A DNA stretch of 64,000 nucleotides, taken from the NCBI GenBank assembly GCA_964291295.2, contig OZ219754.1, positions 224,001-288,000 of the forward strand. Reading direction: 5' to 3'. Below, piece by piece: positions 1-14,254 of the stretch. This DNA comes from an uncultured Candidatus Binatia bacterium (GTDB lineage Bacteria; Desulfobacterota; Binatia; UBA9968; JAJDTQ01). The position numbers were made by a program, and so were the translations under genes. The notes below the pieces were generated by a model, which ran no database searches, was not told the DNA's origin, and saw only the letters and a list, made by a program, of their open reading frames with translations. Within the stretch, counting starts at the first letter, position 1, and each line of letters begins with the position of its first letter.

Positions 1-2049
1 ACGAAGTACAACTCATGGGCGCGGGCCGTGCCACCTCGGTCCAGCTCGAAGCGTTCCGACAGGCGGCGGCAGACCGGGCGCGCGACCAGAGGCGCCCGAG
101 CGAGCGTCCTTCCCGCAGCCTCTGGATCTCCGCCACCCTTGATCCGCGGTGGCTCGTCACCGTGGACCACCCCGCGCCGTCCGGGGAAGCGGTGGTCAGG
201 GTCGATGCCGATGCGGTGCCGGACGGCAGGCTCACCCGCCTGGCGCATGCCGCCAAGCGGCTCACCCGATCGCCCGTGGCCCCGGCGTCCTCGAAGAAGT
301 CGCACGTCGACGACTACGTCCGCAAGTTGGCCGAGGCGATTCTCGACGCCCACCGCCGCGGACGGATGACCTTGGCAATCGTCAACCGCGTGGATCGGGC
401 ACAGGCGCTCAGGGATGCGCTCGAGAAGAAGCTGTCGAAGCGAAAGACGGCGGCGCCGACGCTGGCCCTGGTCCACTCACGCTTCCGTCCCTGCGACCGC
501 GCGCGGGAGATGGCGATAGTCCGGGGCACAGACCGCGCATGTCCGCACGGCCGTATCGTCATCGCCACGCAGGCGGTGGAGGCGGGGGTGGACATCTCCG
601 CTGCGGTCCTGTTCACCGAGCTCGCGCCGTGGTCCTCGCTGGTCCAGCGCTTCGGCCGCGCCAACCGTTACGCCGAGCTTGACGGCGGCGCGAACGTGCA
701 CTGGATAGACCTGTTGTCGCCGCCCACGGACGACACGCCATCGGACAAGCTGGCGCAACCCTACGAGACCGCGGAGCTCCAGGCCGCCCGGGACCGCTTG
801 AACCGCCTGAGCGACGTTGCGCCGGTTCATCTTTCTCCGCCTGACGCAGTCGCACCGCCGCGCCGGGTCATCCGCCGCAAGGACCTCGACGACATCTTTG
901 ACACGGACCCGGACCTGACCGGTTTCGACGTCGACGTCTCGCCTTACGTGCGTGACCCCGACGACACGGACATCCAGGTCTTCTGGCGGGATCTGTCCGC
1001 AGCGGGAGACGATCCGCCGCGTCCCGGACGAGAGGAGTTGTGCGCGGTGTCCATCGGCACCGCAAGAACGTGGGTTTCCAAGCTGCCGGACAAGGGACGG
1101 AACCTCCTGTTTCAGCGGGACCCGCAGTGGCGGCGCCAGGACGGACGAACCGGAGCGGCCCCGCCGGGGTGGATGCGGCTGCAGGGTCCACCTTGGCCGG
1201 GCCTGGTTCTGCTTGCAGACCCGAAGGCTGGCGGCTACCGCTGCGCATCCGGATTCACCGGCGATCCGAAGCACAAGCCCGAGCCCGTCCTGAATCCGGT
1301 TCCGCCCGATGCACCCGTGGATGGTTTCGATGCTTCCATGCCCCGGGAGACCGAGGGACACGACGAAGACCCGCTGAGCGGGATCAATGCGGTCGTGCCG
1401 CTGGCCGATCATCTCCGGCATGTCGCCGCCGAGGCCGACGCGTTGTGCCGTGCCCTTGATGTGGAACCGGACACGCGCGGGACCATCGTGCGTGCGGCGC
1501 GCTGGCACGATCTCGGCAAGGCGCACGAGGTTTTTCAGGACACCATGCGCCGGGGCCTGGATCACCACCCGGCTGCGGCGACCGACGCGCTGCTCGCCAA
1601 GACCGTCAGACAGGTTCGTCATGGCAGGGCCTACTTCCGCCACGAACTGGCATCGGCCTTGGCGTTCCTGGCCCACGAGGGCTGGACACGCGAGGCCGAT
1701 CTCGTCGCCTACCTGGTTGCCGCGCACCACGGCAAGGTGCGGATGAACCTGCGCGCCCTGCCCCGCGAACGGGAGCCATCGGGCGAACGAGCGGGTTCTC
1801 GCTTTGCCCGCGGGGTATGGGAAGGCGACGCGCTTCCGAGCGTCGATCTGGGCGCGGGCGAACGCTGGGCCGGCGGCCCCCTCACCCTGTCGATCATGGA
1901 ACTTGGCTGGGACGAAGCGACGCGAGAGAGCTGGACCGAGCGTACCCGCGATCTGCTGGAGCGGTTCGGCCCTTTCCGGCTCGCCTGGATGGAGACCATT
2001 GTCCGGATCGCCGACTGGCGAGCATCGGCGAAAGAACGAAGGGGCAGCT

Positions 2050-2063
<14 letters not shown>
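1..2063 (+). CDS. cas3: Type I-G (I-U) CRISPR-associated helicase/nuclease Cas3, 5'-partial
   Basis: Frame is open from the window edge: (D)EVQLMG Walker B, then SAT, NRVDRAQ, ATQAVEAGVD and QRFGRANR helicase motifs. The HD domain is C-terminal (WHDLGK, RHELAS, HHGK, ADW), which is characteristic of type I-G. Confidence 0.93.
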
Positions 2064-5413
<3,350 letters not shown>

Positions 5414-5417
5414 AGGG

Positions 5418-7070
5418 ATGTTCGCCCTCACCTTCCACTTTCCCGCCGGTCGCTACCATGCGACGCCGTGGGGCCGCAATGTCAACGAGGCGGACGTGGC
5501 TTGGCCGCCGGAGCCTTGGCGGCTGTTGCGCGCGGTCATCGCCGCCTGGTGGCGCAAGGGTGATCGAGAGCGCTGGTCGAAGGACGCTCTCGCCGCCCTC
5601 ATCGACGCGCTGGCCGAAGCGCCGCCCGTCTACCATCTGCCCGAGGGGGCGATCCACGCCCACACCCGCCACTACATGCCGCAAGGGAAGCTCGACAAGG
5701 GGAGGGAGAAGACGGCGCTCGTCTTCGACGGGTTCATCCACCTGCCGGAAGGGGCGGAAATCGTCGTCGCCTGGCCCGCTCTCACCCTGAACGGGGAGAT
5801 GTTCGGGCTGGCGGCCGACCTTGCCGAGTCGATGGGCTATCTCGGCCGCGCGGAGAGCTGGACGGAATGCCGGGCCGTGGACGACTGGAACGGCACAGTG
5901 AACTGCCGGCTCGCCGGAGCCGAGGGGGCCGGAACTCCGGTGCGCGTGTTGGCGCCTCGCTCCCCCGCGGCATACGCGGCCGAACGACAGCGTCTGATCG
6001 CGGACGCCGGGCGGGAGGCGGCGGGCGTGGCGCCTCAACCGAGGCGTCGGTCAAAGAACCGTAACGATCCGACCACCACGGCGTTTCGGAGCAAGGCAAC
6101 CGGTGCGGACACGCTGCCGGAACGACTCGTCGATGCGCTGGCACTCGACACCGCGGATTATCAGGACCGCGGCTGGAGCCGTCCGCCAGCGGCGTACGAA
6201 GTCGTCTACAGGCGTGACGCCGGCGCGGGCCCCGGCGTCATTCCCCGCAGCGTCGCCCGGCGTCGCCGCGCCCCTCGGAGTGAAGACGGCCCCACCATTG
6301 CCCGCTTTCTGGTGGCAGGTCGGCCCCTTCCCCGCATCGAAGACGCCGTCAGGATTGGCGAACTCATGCGCCGCGCCGCACTCGCGCAGTTCGGCTGGAG
6401 GAAGGACCCGGCGTCGGGGCGCTCGATTCCACGTGCACCGTGGCAGATTTCGGGGCGGAACACCGACGGCCGACCCTTGACCGCCCCATCCCACCAACAT
6501 GCTTTCTGGCTCCCGGAAGATGCGGATTCCGACGGTTGGATCGACCATGTCTCGGTCTATATCGAGAGCGGCATCGACCATGAGCTCCGCGCCCGGCTCG
6601 ACCGAATCACCCGCCTCTGGCTTGCTCCGAGGCAGCGGCCGGGCACTGACGAGCCCGAGCCTCCGGCGGTGAAGGAGTGGCGCCTTGCATTGGAGGGCCT
6701 CGGCCGTCCGGCCGACTTTGCCGGGAGCGCGCGGATCTTCGGCGTCTCGACCCGGTGGCGAAGCGTCACCCCGTTTCTGGCGTCCGGGCATCTCAAGGCG
6801 TCCGGCTACCCGGGCGAGGTTCGCCGTCTGCTCAAACGCCGCGGCATGGTTGCTGATGGAGTGAGGGTCGAAGAGTTGAAAAGCACATCCATCGGGGGAA
6901 CCGAGCGCCGCGCCCTCCATTTTCATCGATTCCGTTCGCGTGCAGGCGAGAAGCAACCCGACACCACCGGCACCCTGCTGCGCATTGCCTTTCCGCGGCC
7001 GATCACCGGGCCGCTCGCCATGGGGTTCGGCAGCCACTTCGGTCTCGGCCTCTTCGAAACGGACGATTGA
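5418..7070 (+). CDS. csb2: Type I-G Csb2 (Cas5/Cas6 fusion)
   Basis: N-terminal GRYHATPWG...WPPEPWRLLRA and YLGRAESW; C-terminal Cas6 G-rich loop GPLAMGFGSHFGLGLF. Confidence 0.92.
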   Translation: MFALTFHFPAGRYHATPWGRNVNEADVAWPPEPWRLLRAVIAAWWRKGDRERWSKDALAALIDALAEAPPVYHLPEGAIHAHTRHYMPQGKLDKGREKTALVFDGFIHLPEGAEIVVAWPALTLNGEMFGLAADLAESMGYLGRAESWTECRAVDDWNGTVNCRLAGAEGAGTPVRVLAPRSPAAYAAERQRLIADAGREAAGVAPQPRRRSKNRNDPTTTAFRSKATGADTLPERLVDALALDTADYQDRGWSRPPAAYEVVYRRDAGAGPGVIPRSVARRRRAPRSEDGPTIARFLVAGRPLPRIEDAVRIGELMRRAALAQFGWRKDPASGRSIPRAPWQISGRNTDGRPLTAPSHQHAFWLPEDADSDGWIDHVSVYIESGIDHELRARLDRITRLWLAPRQRPGTDEPEPPAVKEWRLALEGLGRPADFAGSARIFGVSTRWRSVTPFLASGHLKASGYPGEVRRLLKRRGMVADGVRVEELKSTSIGGTERRALHFHRFRSRAGEKQPDTTGTLLRIAFPRPITGPLAMGFGSHFGLGLFETDD

Positions 7071-7300
7071 GAGGCCGGGCGCACGAACGAGTGCCGGCGT
7101 TCGCAGATGCGGGCGGTCTTGATCCGGGGCGCTCGCACACGATCTGCCAAGGGCCGTCCAGATGGGTGCGGTGCGTGCCCGGGGAATGGCTGAACAACGC
7201 GGCGGGGCGAAAGGGAGCGGGTCGCGACCTGTGGATGCCATGGATTCAGCCCCAGCGAATTCGGAATTGTTCAGACTGTCCCCGGAACTTCGGACCGTCC

Positions 7301-8197
7301 CTAAAACTCCATCAGATCCTCGGCGACGACCACCTCGCCCGAGTAGTGTTTCCGCACTTCCGCCGCCCAGGGTTCGTAGTCGGTGGTGCCGACGCGGCGC
7401 GTGAGGTGGGACAGCACGACCTTCCTGACCCCGGCCTCCGTGGCCAGCGCGGCGATGCGGTCGAGCCCCATGTGCCCCTGGGTCGCCTGGCGCAGGATGC
7501 CTTCCTGCTCGGCCGTGCTCATGGCCTGCCAGCGGCCGTCCCGGATCATGGCGTTCTTGCGTTCGTCGCACGAGGAGGTCTCGGTGACCAGCACATCCGC
7601 GTCCCTGGCCAGCGCGGTGACGGCGGCACTGAAGCCGGTGTCGCCGGTGAAGACGATGACCCGATCCGGGGTCTCGAAGCGGTAGGAGTAGGACTTGTAA
7701 CGGCCGGCGTTGCCGCCCTGGTGGAAGCTGAAGTGGGTGTTCTCCACCGCGGTCACACGGATGTTGTCGTCCTGGTAGACTTGGCCGATACCCACATCGT
7801 GGCCGAAGAACACCTTGTCCAGCGGCACGCTGCGGCCGCCGTCGGCGATGCGGATGTCGGCGCTGATGCTGCACAGCCTTGTCGTGGCATCCACCAGTTC
7901 CCGAGTCCGGGGCGGGCCGTAGACGTGGATGGGCTCGGTGCGCTGACCGTCCCAGGCCAGGGCCATGAGGGTGCCCAAGCCCGCGGTGTGGTCGTCGTGG
8001 TGGTGCGTGAGGAAGATGGTGCCGACCTTGCGCACGTCGGCGCCCGCCCTGGCCATGCGCCGGGCCGCGCCGTCCCCGGCATCCACCACGTAGCAGGTGC
8101 CGTTGACGGTGAGCAGATGGGAAGTCTGCGCACGATGGGGTGTCAGCGACGGCCCGCCCCCGGTGCCCAGAATGATCAGTGAGGATGGCGTCTTCAT
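7301..8197 (-). CDS. MBL-fold metallo-hydrolase (RNase Z/arylsulfatase-like)
   Basis: Motifs LGTGGG, VDAG, THHHDDH, FTGDT and LSH. Confidence 0.85.
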   Translation of the reverse strand: MKTPSSLIILGTGGGPSLTPHRAQTSHLLTVNGTCYVVDAGDGAARRMARAGADVRKVGTIFLTHHHDDHTAGLGTLMALAWDGQRTEPIHVYGPPRTRELVDATTRLCSISADIRIADGGRSVPLDKVFFGHDVGIGQVYQDDNIRVTAVENTHFSFHQGGNAGRYKSYSYRFETPDRVIVFTGDTGFSAAVTALARDADVLVTETSSCDERKNAMIRDGRWQAMSTAEQEGILRQATQGHMGLDRIAALATEAGVRKVVLSHLTRRVGTTDYEPWAAEVRKHYSGEVVVAEDLMEF

Positions 8198-8244
8198 GTT
8201 CTCCCCCGTTCAACGGCAACGTTGGAGGCCGGGCGCGGGAAGCG

Positions 8245-9060
8245 TCAACCGCCGGCGTCCGGCCGCTTCTCTCCGGCGATCAGGCCGTAGTGGAAGCCAC
8301 CGCTGATGCGGAGCCGGTCGCCGACCCCTTCATGGCGAAAATACCGCTCGGCGAAACGCCTCCGGAATTCCGGCGGACGGTGCTTGAGCGCGTCCGCCAC
8401 CTCGACCCAGTGGCGGCCGGCAGGAATGCCTGCGGTGCCGTCCTGGTCCACGGTGCAGGTGTGGTGGTCGGCCCGCACGACCTCCAGCCCCCCGTCCACC
8501 ATCAGCCGCCGCACCTCTTCCACCGTATACAATCGGAAACCAGCGCCGTGGGAGCGCTGGAAGGTCTCGTTGATGAGGCTGTTGACCGCCGTATCCAGCG
8601 CATCGTCCGCCGCCAGGATCACCGGATCGAGGATGAGCAGCCGGCCGCCGGGCTTGATCACGCGCCCGGCCTCCCGCACCATGTCCCGGGCACTCGCGAA
8701 GTGGTGGAGGCTGAAGGCCACCCATGCCCGGTCAAAGGCGTCATTGCGCAGCGGCATGCGCTCCGCGGTCGCGACCACCCGTTCGTAACGGGCAATGGGC
8801 TCCGCATCCGCGTCCTGCGACACCCGCAGCATGGCCAGCGCCGCGTCGATGCCGATGATGCTTCCGGCCGCCAGACGCCGGGAAACCGGACGCGCGAACC
8901 GGCCCGTGCCCGTGGCCACGTCCAGCACGGTCTCGTTGCCACGCAGTTCCATGGCCGCGATCAACCGGTCCGCCAACTGCCCGCGAATGTCCGACATGGC
9001 CGCCTGCCGGTCGAACTCCGCGGCGTGCGCATGGTCGTGAAAGTGCGCGTTCCCGCTCAT
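8245..9060 (-). CDS. Class I SAM-dependent methyltransferase (UbiE-like)
   Basis: VLDVATGTG motif I, FSLHH and RVIKPGG. Confidence 0.85.
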   Translation of the reverse strand: MSGNAHFHDHAHAAEFDRQAAMSDIRGQLADRLIAAMELRGNETVLDVATGTGRFARPVSRRLAAGSIIGIDAALAMLRVSQDADAEPIARYERVVATAERMPLRNDAFDRAWVAFSLHHFASARDMVREAGRVIKPGGRLLILDPVILAADDALDTAVNSLINETFQRSHGAGFRLYTVEEVRRLMVDGGLEVVRADHHTCTVDQDGTAGIPAGRHWVEVADALKHRPPEFRRRFAERYFRHEGVGDRLRISGGFHYGLIAGEKRPDAGG

Positions 9061-9478
9061 GATCCCCCCTCAAGGCTCACTTGTTGTCCGACGAGGGGCG
9101 ACGCAGCCTGGGCCAGCCGTCCACCGGGGAGCCGGCTGCGTCGTCGGTGTGCAGTTCGGCATCAGGGACAGCAACGCCGCAGCGGTCGCCAAGTACCGGT
9201 GGCGGCAAGTATGTCATATGATGCTCCCGACATGGGCCGCGACGCCGAGCACCCGTCATGCCTGCGTCCGGCCCGGCACGGACGGCGGCGATGGAGAGCC
9301 GGGCCAGAGGTCTCCATCGCCTGCCGTTTCTCCGGAGGGTCCATGACCATGGCCACCACGACTCTTCGCACCATTGACTGTACCGGCTTGGCGGTCCGCC
9401 GGGTCCATGATCGTGGACACCGCCACCGGCGCCTGAAGACGAAACACGCCGCGACAAGCGGGCACCCCACCCCTGCCG

Positions 9479-10492
9479 TTACGGCAGCCGGCACTCCGGC
9501 GTCAACCGCTTCAACTCAGGGATGACCTCTTCACCGAAACGCTGGATGGTTTCGAGGGTAAAGCCGGAGTCCATTCCGGGCCAATCGACCATGAACCACA
9601 TGATCTCGGCGCCGAACTCCTGGCGGTAGCTCAGCACTTGCTCGGTAACCTCTGCCGGGCTGCCAAGGACCAGGCGGTCCTGCTGCAACTGCTCGAAGGG
9701 CAGGTCGTAGCGCTCTCCCGGCTGGCCCCAGCGCTGGTAGCGTTCGTAGCGGCGTTCGTAACCCTCGCGGATACGTGCCTCCGCCTGCTTCCGAGTGTCG
9801 GCGATGCACAAGTCACGGAAGATGAACAGCCCCTCGAAGGGCCTGCCCTGCCGCTCCAGGGCTTGCCGGTACGCCGGCACGGCTTCGCGCAGGAACGTCC
9901 GGGTATGGCGCCGGCTGGCGATCCAGTGGTCCGCCACCTCCGGCACCCGCGCCACCGTTCGCACCGTGTCGGCCCCCAGCAGGATCGGCGGGCGGGGCTT
10001 GCGTATCGGCTTGGGCTCGATGGTGACGCCGTCGATCCGGTAGAACCGGCCCTGGTGGCGCACCTCGTTCTCCGTCCACAGCCGTTTCACTACCTCGATG
10101 CTCTCCTCCAGCCGCGGACGCTTCTCGTGAATGGGCACGCTCATGGAATTGAACTCGACGTCGCGATAGCCCTGGCCAACGCCAAAAAGGAACCGGCCGC
10201 CGCACAGGTTGTCCACAGTGGCGGTGCACTCGGCCACCATCAGGGGTTCGTGCATGGGCAGCAGGAAAATCGCCGTACCCAGGTACATCCCCGGGGTCAG
10301 ACCCGCAAAGTACGATAGCAGCGGCAGGGATTGCAGCATTGCCGCGTCGGGCCCGGTGGCGTAGTGCTGTGCCACGAACAGGGCCTCGTAGTTGCTGGCA
10401 TGCGCCACCCGTGCCCGTTCCGTGAAGTCGCGGCAGACATCGGCCCTGTTCAGATCCGAAGGATAGCTGCCGAACGCGATGCCGAAACGCAT
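9479..10492 (-). CDS. LLM-class flavin-dependent oxidoreductase
   Basis: MRFG start, QH, GRFLFGVGQGY...EF, PKP..KPRPPI and FGEEVIP. Confidence 0.88.
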   Translation of the reverse strand: MRFGIAFGSYPSDLNRADVCRDFTERARVAHASNYEALFVAQHYATGPDAAMLQSLPLLSYFAGLTPGMYLGTAIFLLPMHEPLMVAECTATVDNLCGGRFLFGVGQGYRDVEFNSMSVPIHEKRPRLEESIEVVKRLWTENEVRHQGRFYRIDGVTIEPKPIRKPRPPILLGADTVRTVARVPEVADHWIASRRHTRTFLREAVPAYRQALERQGRPFEGLFIFRDLCIADTRKQAEARIREGYERRYERYQRWGQPGERYDLPFEQLQQDRLVLGSPAEVTEQVLSYRQEFGAEIMWFMVDWPGMDSGFTLETIQRFGEEVIPELKRLTPECRLP

Positions 10493-10774
10493 GACGAAAT
10501 CTCCGGCCCCTGCTCTCCGATCCCTTCTTCACGCGCACACGAGGTCAAGGAGACTCGGCGCGCCCCCTTGTCCCCGGCAAGATCCACCGGCACGTGGCGG
10601 CGGACTCCGGCGTGAGGAGGATCGGCCACCCTGCCGGCGCCGAAAGGACGAGGCAGAAAGGCACACCGGGGTTCAGGGTACGGGATGTCCGCGGAGGCTC
10701 TCCTCCGCCAAGCCGAACGCAAGATCGGCACCACCGGAACAGGGGCCCTGCCGGAGACACGGCCCGCTCGTTCG

Positions 10775-13700
10775 TTACCAACTCATGGACGCGCGCAGCA
10801 TCAGTTCGTATTCGGCGTTGTCGTCGTCGTACACCTGCCGGTGCGCACCTTCCAGACTCAGTGCAGCCGACGATCCGAGGAGTTGCAGACGACTTCCCGC
10901 CCGGTAGCTCCGCCCACCGTCCTCCGAAAGCGTAACCGCGGCATAGGGCGTCACCAGACCTCGCCCGCTCAGCGCCGACAGCCCATAGCCTGCCTCGGTC
11001 ACGAGATGTCCCCCCACCTCATCCTGACCACCGTCCGCCACCGCCAAGGACCCCTTCCGCAGAGACGATCCAGCCCCGCCATGGACAGCACCCAGTCCCG
11101 GCGCGATGCTCAGAGACAGGCCGAGCCCGTCCCCGCCCGAATCCTTCCGAATCAGGCCGCCAATGCCCCATTCTTTCGTGTCGCCGCCGTGACCCGTCAA
11201 CGCCCGCCCCCGGACTTCCAGGGTCAGACCCAACGCCGTGTCCCGGTAGCTCAACGCGCTTCCGATCTCCACTCCGGTTCCGGTCGCACCGTCGCCACCG
11301 TCGCTGCGGAGACCCACCTCCACCGAAGGCGTCAGGATGGCGCTCTCCGCCATTGCATGTGCATGGCGCGCTTCGAGAGAGGCTCGCAGCCGACGGACAT
11401 CGACACTGATGGACGCGAGCGTGTCCGAGCCATCCATCTTGGCGCGAGCGAACGAACCGTCGGCCCTGATATGAACAGTTGTCCTGCCGCCCTCAACTAC
11501 GTCGTCGCTCGAAAACACCTCTCCCTCGACGCCTGCCGCCCCGGAAGTCTGCGTCAGATCGCCGGTCTGCAGACCTTTCTGGTCATCCTTGATGTCGACG
11601 TCGCCACGGCCATACCCTGCCAGTGCCCACAGTTCGACCCCGGGCGACAGGATCAGGCCCGCATACGGGTGAACGGAGGTCAGAGTCGTCTCGTAGGTTC
11701 CCGTATTCGCCGAGCCTTTCCCTTCCTTGTAGTCGAAACGGCCGCGCGACAGCGACATCGACAACCCCGCGAGCAGGTTGCGGCTCAGCCGCATGTCGGC
11801 GCCGAGATGGCCACTCGTCATCCTGCCATCCCAGGAGACGCCGCTGTCCGCGCCGGACAAATCGCGCCAGTCGCCACTGCCCCAGAACACCGCGCCGCCC
11901 GGCACGGTTGAAGAACCGCCGTCCGCCGCGTTGAGTGGAAGCACGAAGGAAGAGCCCGCAAGCAGGCGGGCCGCTTCGAACCCATCTTCCTCCAGTTGAG
12001 GGCCGTGTGTCTCGAACGCCTGGAGCCACCCGCCCGCGCCACCGATGTTGAGCGCCTTCGTCTCCGGCGACCCGTCCAGACCGGTGCCGACCCGAGCGCG
12101 CACCGCATCCACCGTACTCGCCAGACGTGCCCTCGTGGTTTCCGGCAACAGCACCTTGACGATCTTGTCCACACTGAACGGCGGGTACACCCCTGGGTCG
12201 CTGCGCCCCAGCAACGCCTGACCCACCTCGTCCACCTGCGCCTTCTCCGCCGCACCCAGTATCTTCGCCGCACCCGAACCCGGATAGTGCGCGCAGTACG
12301 CACTCGACGCATCCGCCGTGTCGCCGTCCCCCGCAGCCACACGCATCAGCCGGCAGTCCAGAGACTCCCACCACGCACCCACGCTCGCAAAGCCCCCTTC
12401 CCCGTATATCGCCGCCGCCGCCGCGTTCACCAGCCGCTTCGTCTCAGCATCCAGACCCGCGTACATTTTCTTCGCCGCCGCCGCCTCCGCCGGCGTCGCA
12501 TCATCCCCATGCAGCGCCGCCACCATCTCCTCCGGCGTCAGCACGTTCCACCAGCGCTTCGCCATGGCATTGTCCGCCGGGTACACCCCTGGGTCGCTGC
12601 GCCCCAGCAACGCCTGACCCACCTCGTCCACCTGCGCCTTCTCCGCCGCACCCAGTATCTTCGCCGCGCCCGAACCCGGATAGTGCGTGCAGTACGCACT
12701 CGACGCATCCGCCGTGTCGCCGTCCCCCGCAGCCACACGCATCAGCCGGCAGTCCAGAGACTCCCACCACGCACCCACGCTCGCAAAGCCCCCTTCCCCG
12801 TATATCGCCGCCGCCGCCGCGTTCACCAGCCGCTTCGTCTCAGCATCCAGACCCGCGTACATTTTCTTCGCCGCCGCCGCCTCCGCCGGCGTCGCATCAT
12901 CCCCATGCAGCGCCGCCACCATCTCCTCCGGCGTCAGCACGTTCCACCAGCGCTTCGCCATGGCATTGTCCGCCGGGTACACCCCTGGGTCGCTGCGCCC
13001 CAGCAACGCCTGACCCACCTCGTCCACCTGCGCCTTCTCCGCCGCACCCAGTATCTTCGCCGCGCCCGAACCCGGATAGTGCGTGCAGTACGCACTCGAC
13101 GCATCCGCCGTGTCGCCGTCCCCCGCAGCCACACGCATCAGCCGGCAGTCCAGAGACTCCCACCACGCACCCACGCTCGCAAAGCCCCCTTCCCCGTATA
13201 TCGCCGCCGCCGCCGCGTTCACCAGCCGCTTCGTCTCACCGTCCAGACCCGCGTACATTTTCTTCGCCGCCGCCGCCTCCGCCGGCGTCGCATCATCCCC
13301 ATGCAGCGCCGCCACCATCTCCTCCGGCGTCAGCACGTTCCACCAGCGCTTCGCCATCGCATTGTCCGCCGGGTACACCCCTGGGTCGCTGCGCCCCAGC
13401 AGCGCCTGACCCACCTCGTCCACCTGCGCCTTCTCCGCCGCACCCAGTATCTTCGCCGCGCCCGAACCCGGATAGTGCGTGCAGTACGCACTCGACGCAT
13501 CCGCCGTGTCGCCGTCCCCCGCAGCCACACGCATCAGCCGGCAGTCCAGAGACTCCCACCACGCACCCACGCTCGCAAAGCCCCCTTCCCCGTATATCGC
13601 CGCCGCCGCCGCGTTCACCAGCCGCTTCGTCTCACCGTCCAGACCCGCGTACATTTTCTTCGCCGCCGCCGCCTCCGCCGGCGTCGCATCATCCCCATGC

Positions 13701-13954
13701 AGCGCCGCCACCATCTCCTCCGGCGTCAGCACGTTCCACCAGCGCTTCGCCATGGCATTGTCGGGAGTCTGCGCCCCCGCCGTAGCCGCAAGAGTCATGA
13801 CAACGGTGAAAACGAACACGACAGGCGCCGCAAAGGCCCGCAGCCCGAACCGGGGAAACCACGCGGGCGGTCGTGCAACCCATTCGTGATGGTTGTCGTG
13901 AAGGTTCAAACCTTTCCGTACTGAAGCAACATCCATTGAAACCAACCCCCACAT
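10775..13954 (-). CDS. Autotransporter (type Va-like) with a passenger of four 132-aa repeats
   Basis: Signal peptide ending ...TLAATAGA, then four repeats, then a C-terminal beta-barrel with amphipathic strands (HPYAG, TPSVEVGLR, VTPY) and terminal Trp. AGGAG precedes the ATG at 13954; alternative start 13978. Confidence 0.82.
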   Translation of the reverse strand: MWGLVSMDVASVRKGLNLHDNHHEWVARPPAWFPRFGLRAFAAPVVFVFTVVMTLAATAGAQTPDNAMAKRWWNVLTPEEMVAALHGDDATPAEAAAAKKMYAGLDGETKRLVNAAAAAIYGEGGFASVGAWWESLDCRLMRVAAGDGDTADASSAYCTHYPGSGAAKILGAAEKAQVDEVGQALLGRSDPGVYPADNAMAKRWWNVLTPEEMVAALHGDDATPAEAAAAKKMYAGLDGETKRLVNAAAAAIYGEGGFASVGAWWESLDCRLMRVAAGDGDTADASSAYCTHYPGSGAAKILGAAEKAQVDEVGQALLGRSDPGVYPADNAMAKRWWNVLTPEEMVAALHGDDATPAEAAAAKKMYAGLDAETKRLVNAAAAAIYGEGGFASVGAWWESLDCRLMRVAAGDGDTADASSAYCTHYPGSGAAKILGAAEKAQVDEVGQALLGRSDPGVYPADNAMAKRWWNVLTPEEMVAALHGDDATPAEAAAAKKMYAGLDAETKRLVNAAAAAIYGEGGFASVGAWWESLDCRLMRVAAGDGDTADASSAYCAHYPGSGAAKILGAAEKAQVDEVGQALLGRSDPGVYPPFSVDKIVKVLLPETTRARLASTVDAVRARVGTGLDGSPETKALNIGGAGGWLQAFETHGPQLEEDGFEAARLLAGSSFVLPLNAADGGSSTVPGGAVFWGSGDWRDLSGADSGVSWDGRMTSGHLGADMRLSRNLLAGLSMSLSRGRFDYKEGKGSANTGTYETTLTSVHPYAGLILSPGVELWALAGYGRGDVDIKDDQKGLQTGDLTQTSGAAGVEGEVFSSDDVVEGGRTTVHIRADGSFARAKMDGSDTLASISVDVRRLRASLEARHAHAMAESAILTPSVEVGLRSDGGDGATGTGVEIGSALSYRDTALGLTLEVRGRALTGHGGDTKEWGIGGLIRKDSGGDGLGLSLSIAPGLGAVHGGAGSSLRKGSLAVADGGQDEVGGHLVTEAGYGLSALSGRGLVTPYAAVTLSEDGGRSYRAGSRLQLLGSSAALSLEGAHRQVYDDDNAEYELMLRASMSW
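12182..13762. repeat. Tandem repeat, 4 x 396 bp, near-identical
   Basis: Units start at 12182, 12578, 12974 and 13370, with only a handful of substitutions between copies. Confidence 0.97.
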
Positions 13955-14254
13955 CGTATGCTCCTGGTCACTGTTCATTGTCCGTTTCCGCCGTCATCCG
14001 CTTTCAGAGACGTTCAAGTATCGTCATTGTGGTCATGTATAGCGGCGGCAAACCTACAATGAAGCGGTCTCCGCGTCAATGGAGCTTTCGAGCGGGGCCG
14101 TGTCGCGGGGCACCCGGACCGTGCGCTGGTGGCGGACCGCGTCAGGATCACACGGTTCGCATGTGCCTGCCCGCGGTCAGGCTTCGCCTGGCCCGAGCCA
14201 TCGTGAAAGAGGGTCCGTCCGCAACACCGGAAACGACACGGCCCAAAACGACAC

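Noticed and set aside
1804-2049. N-terminal extension of Csx17 in the ORF track
   Set aside because: It overlaps the cas3 HD domain; family similarity starts at MPES.
6505-6520. TGGCTCCCGG match to the tRNA-Asn 3' end as an att site
   Set aside because: Only about 10 bp and inside csb2; expected by chance.
7071-7300. CRISPR array or leader after csb2
   Set aside because: No repeated unit visible; only a weak hairpin.
12182-13762. 396-bp repeats as a CRISPR array or mobile element
   Set aside because: They are in-frame coding repeats with no spacers or terminal repeats.
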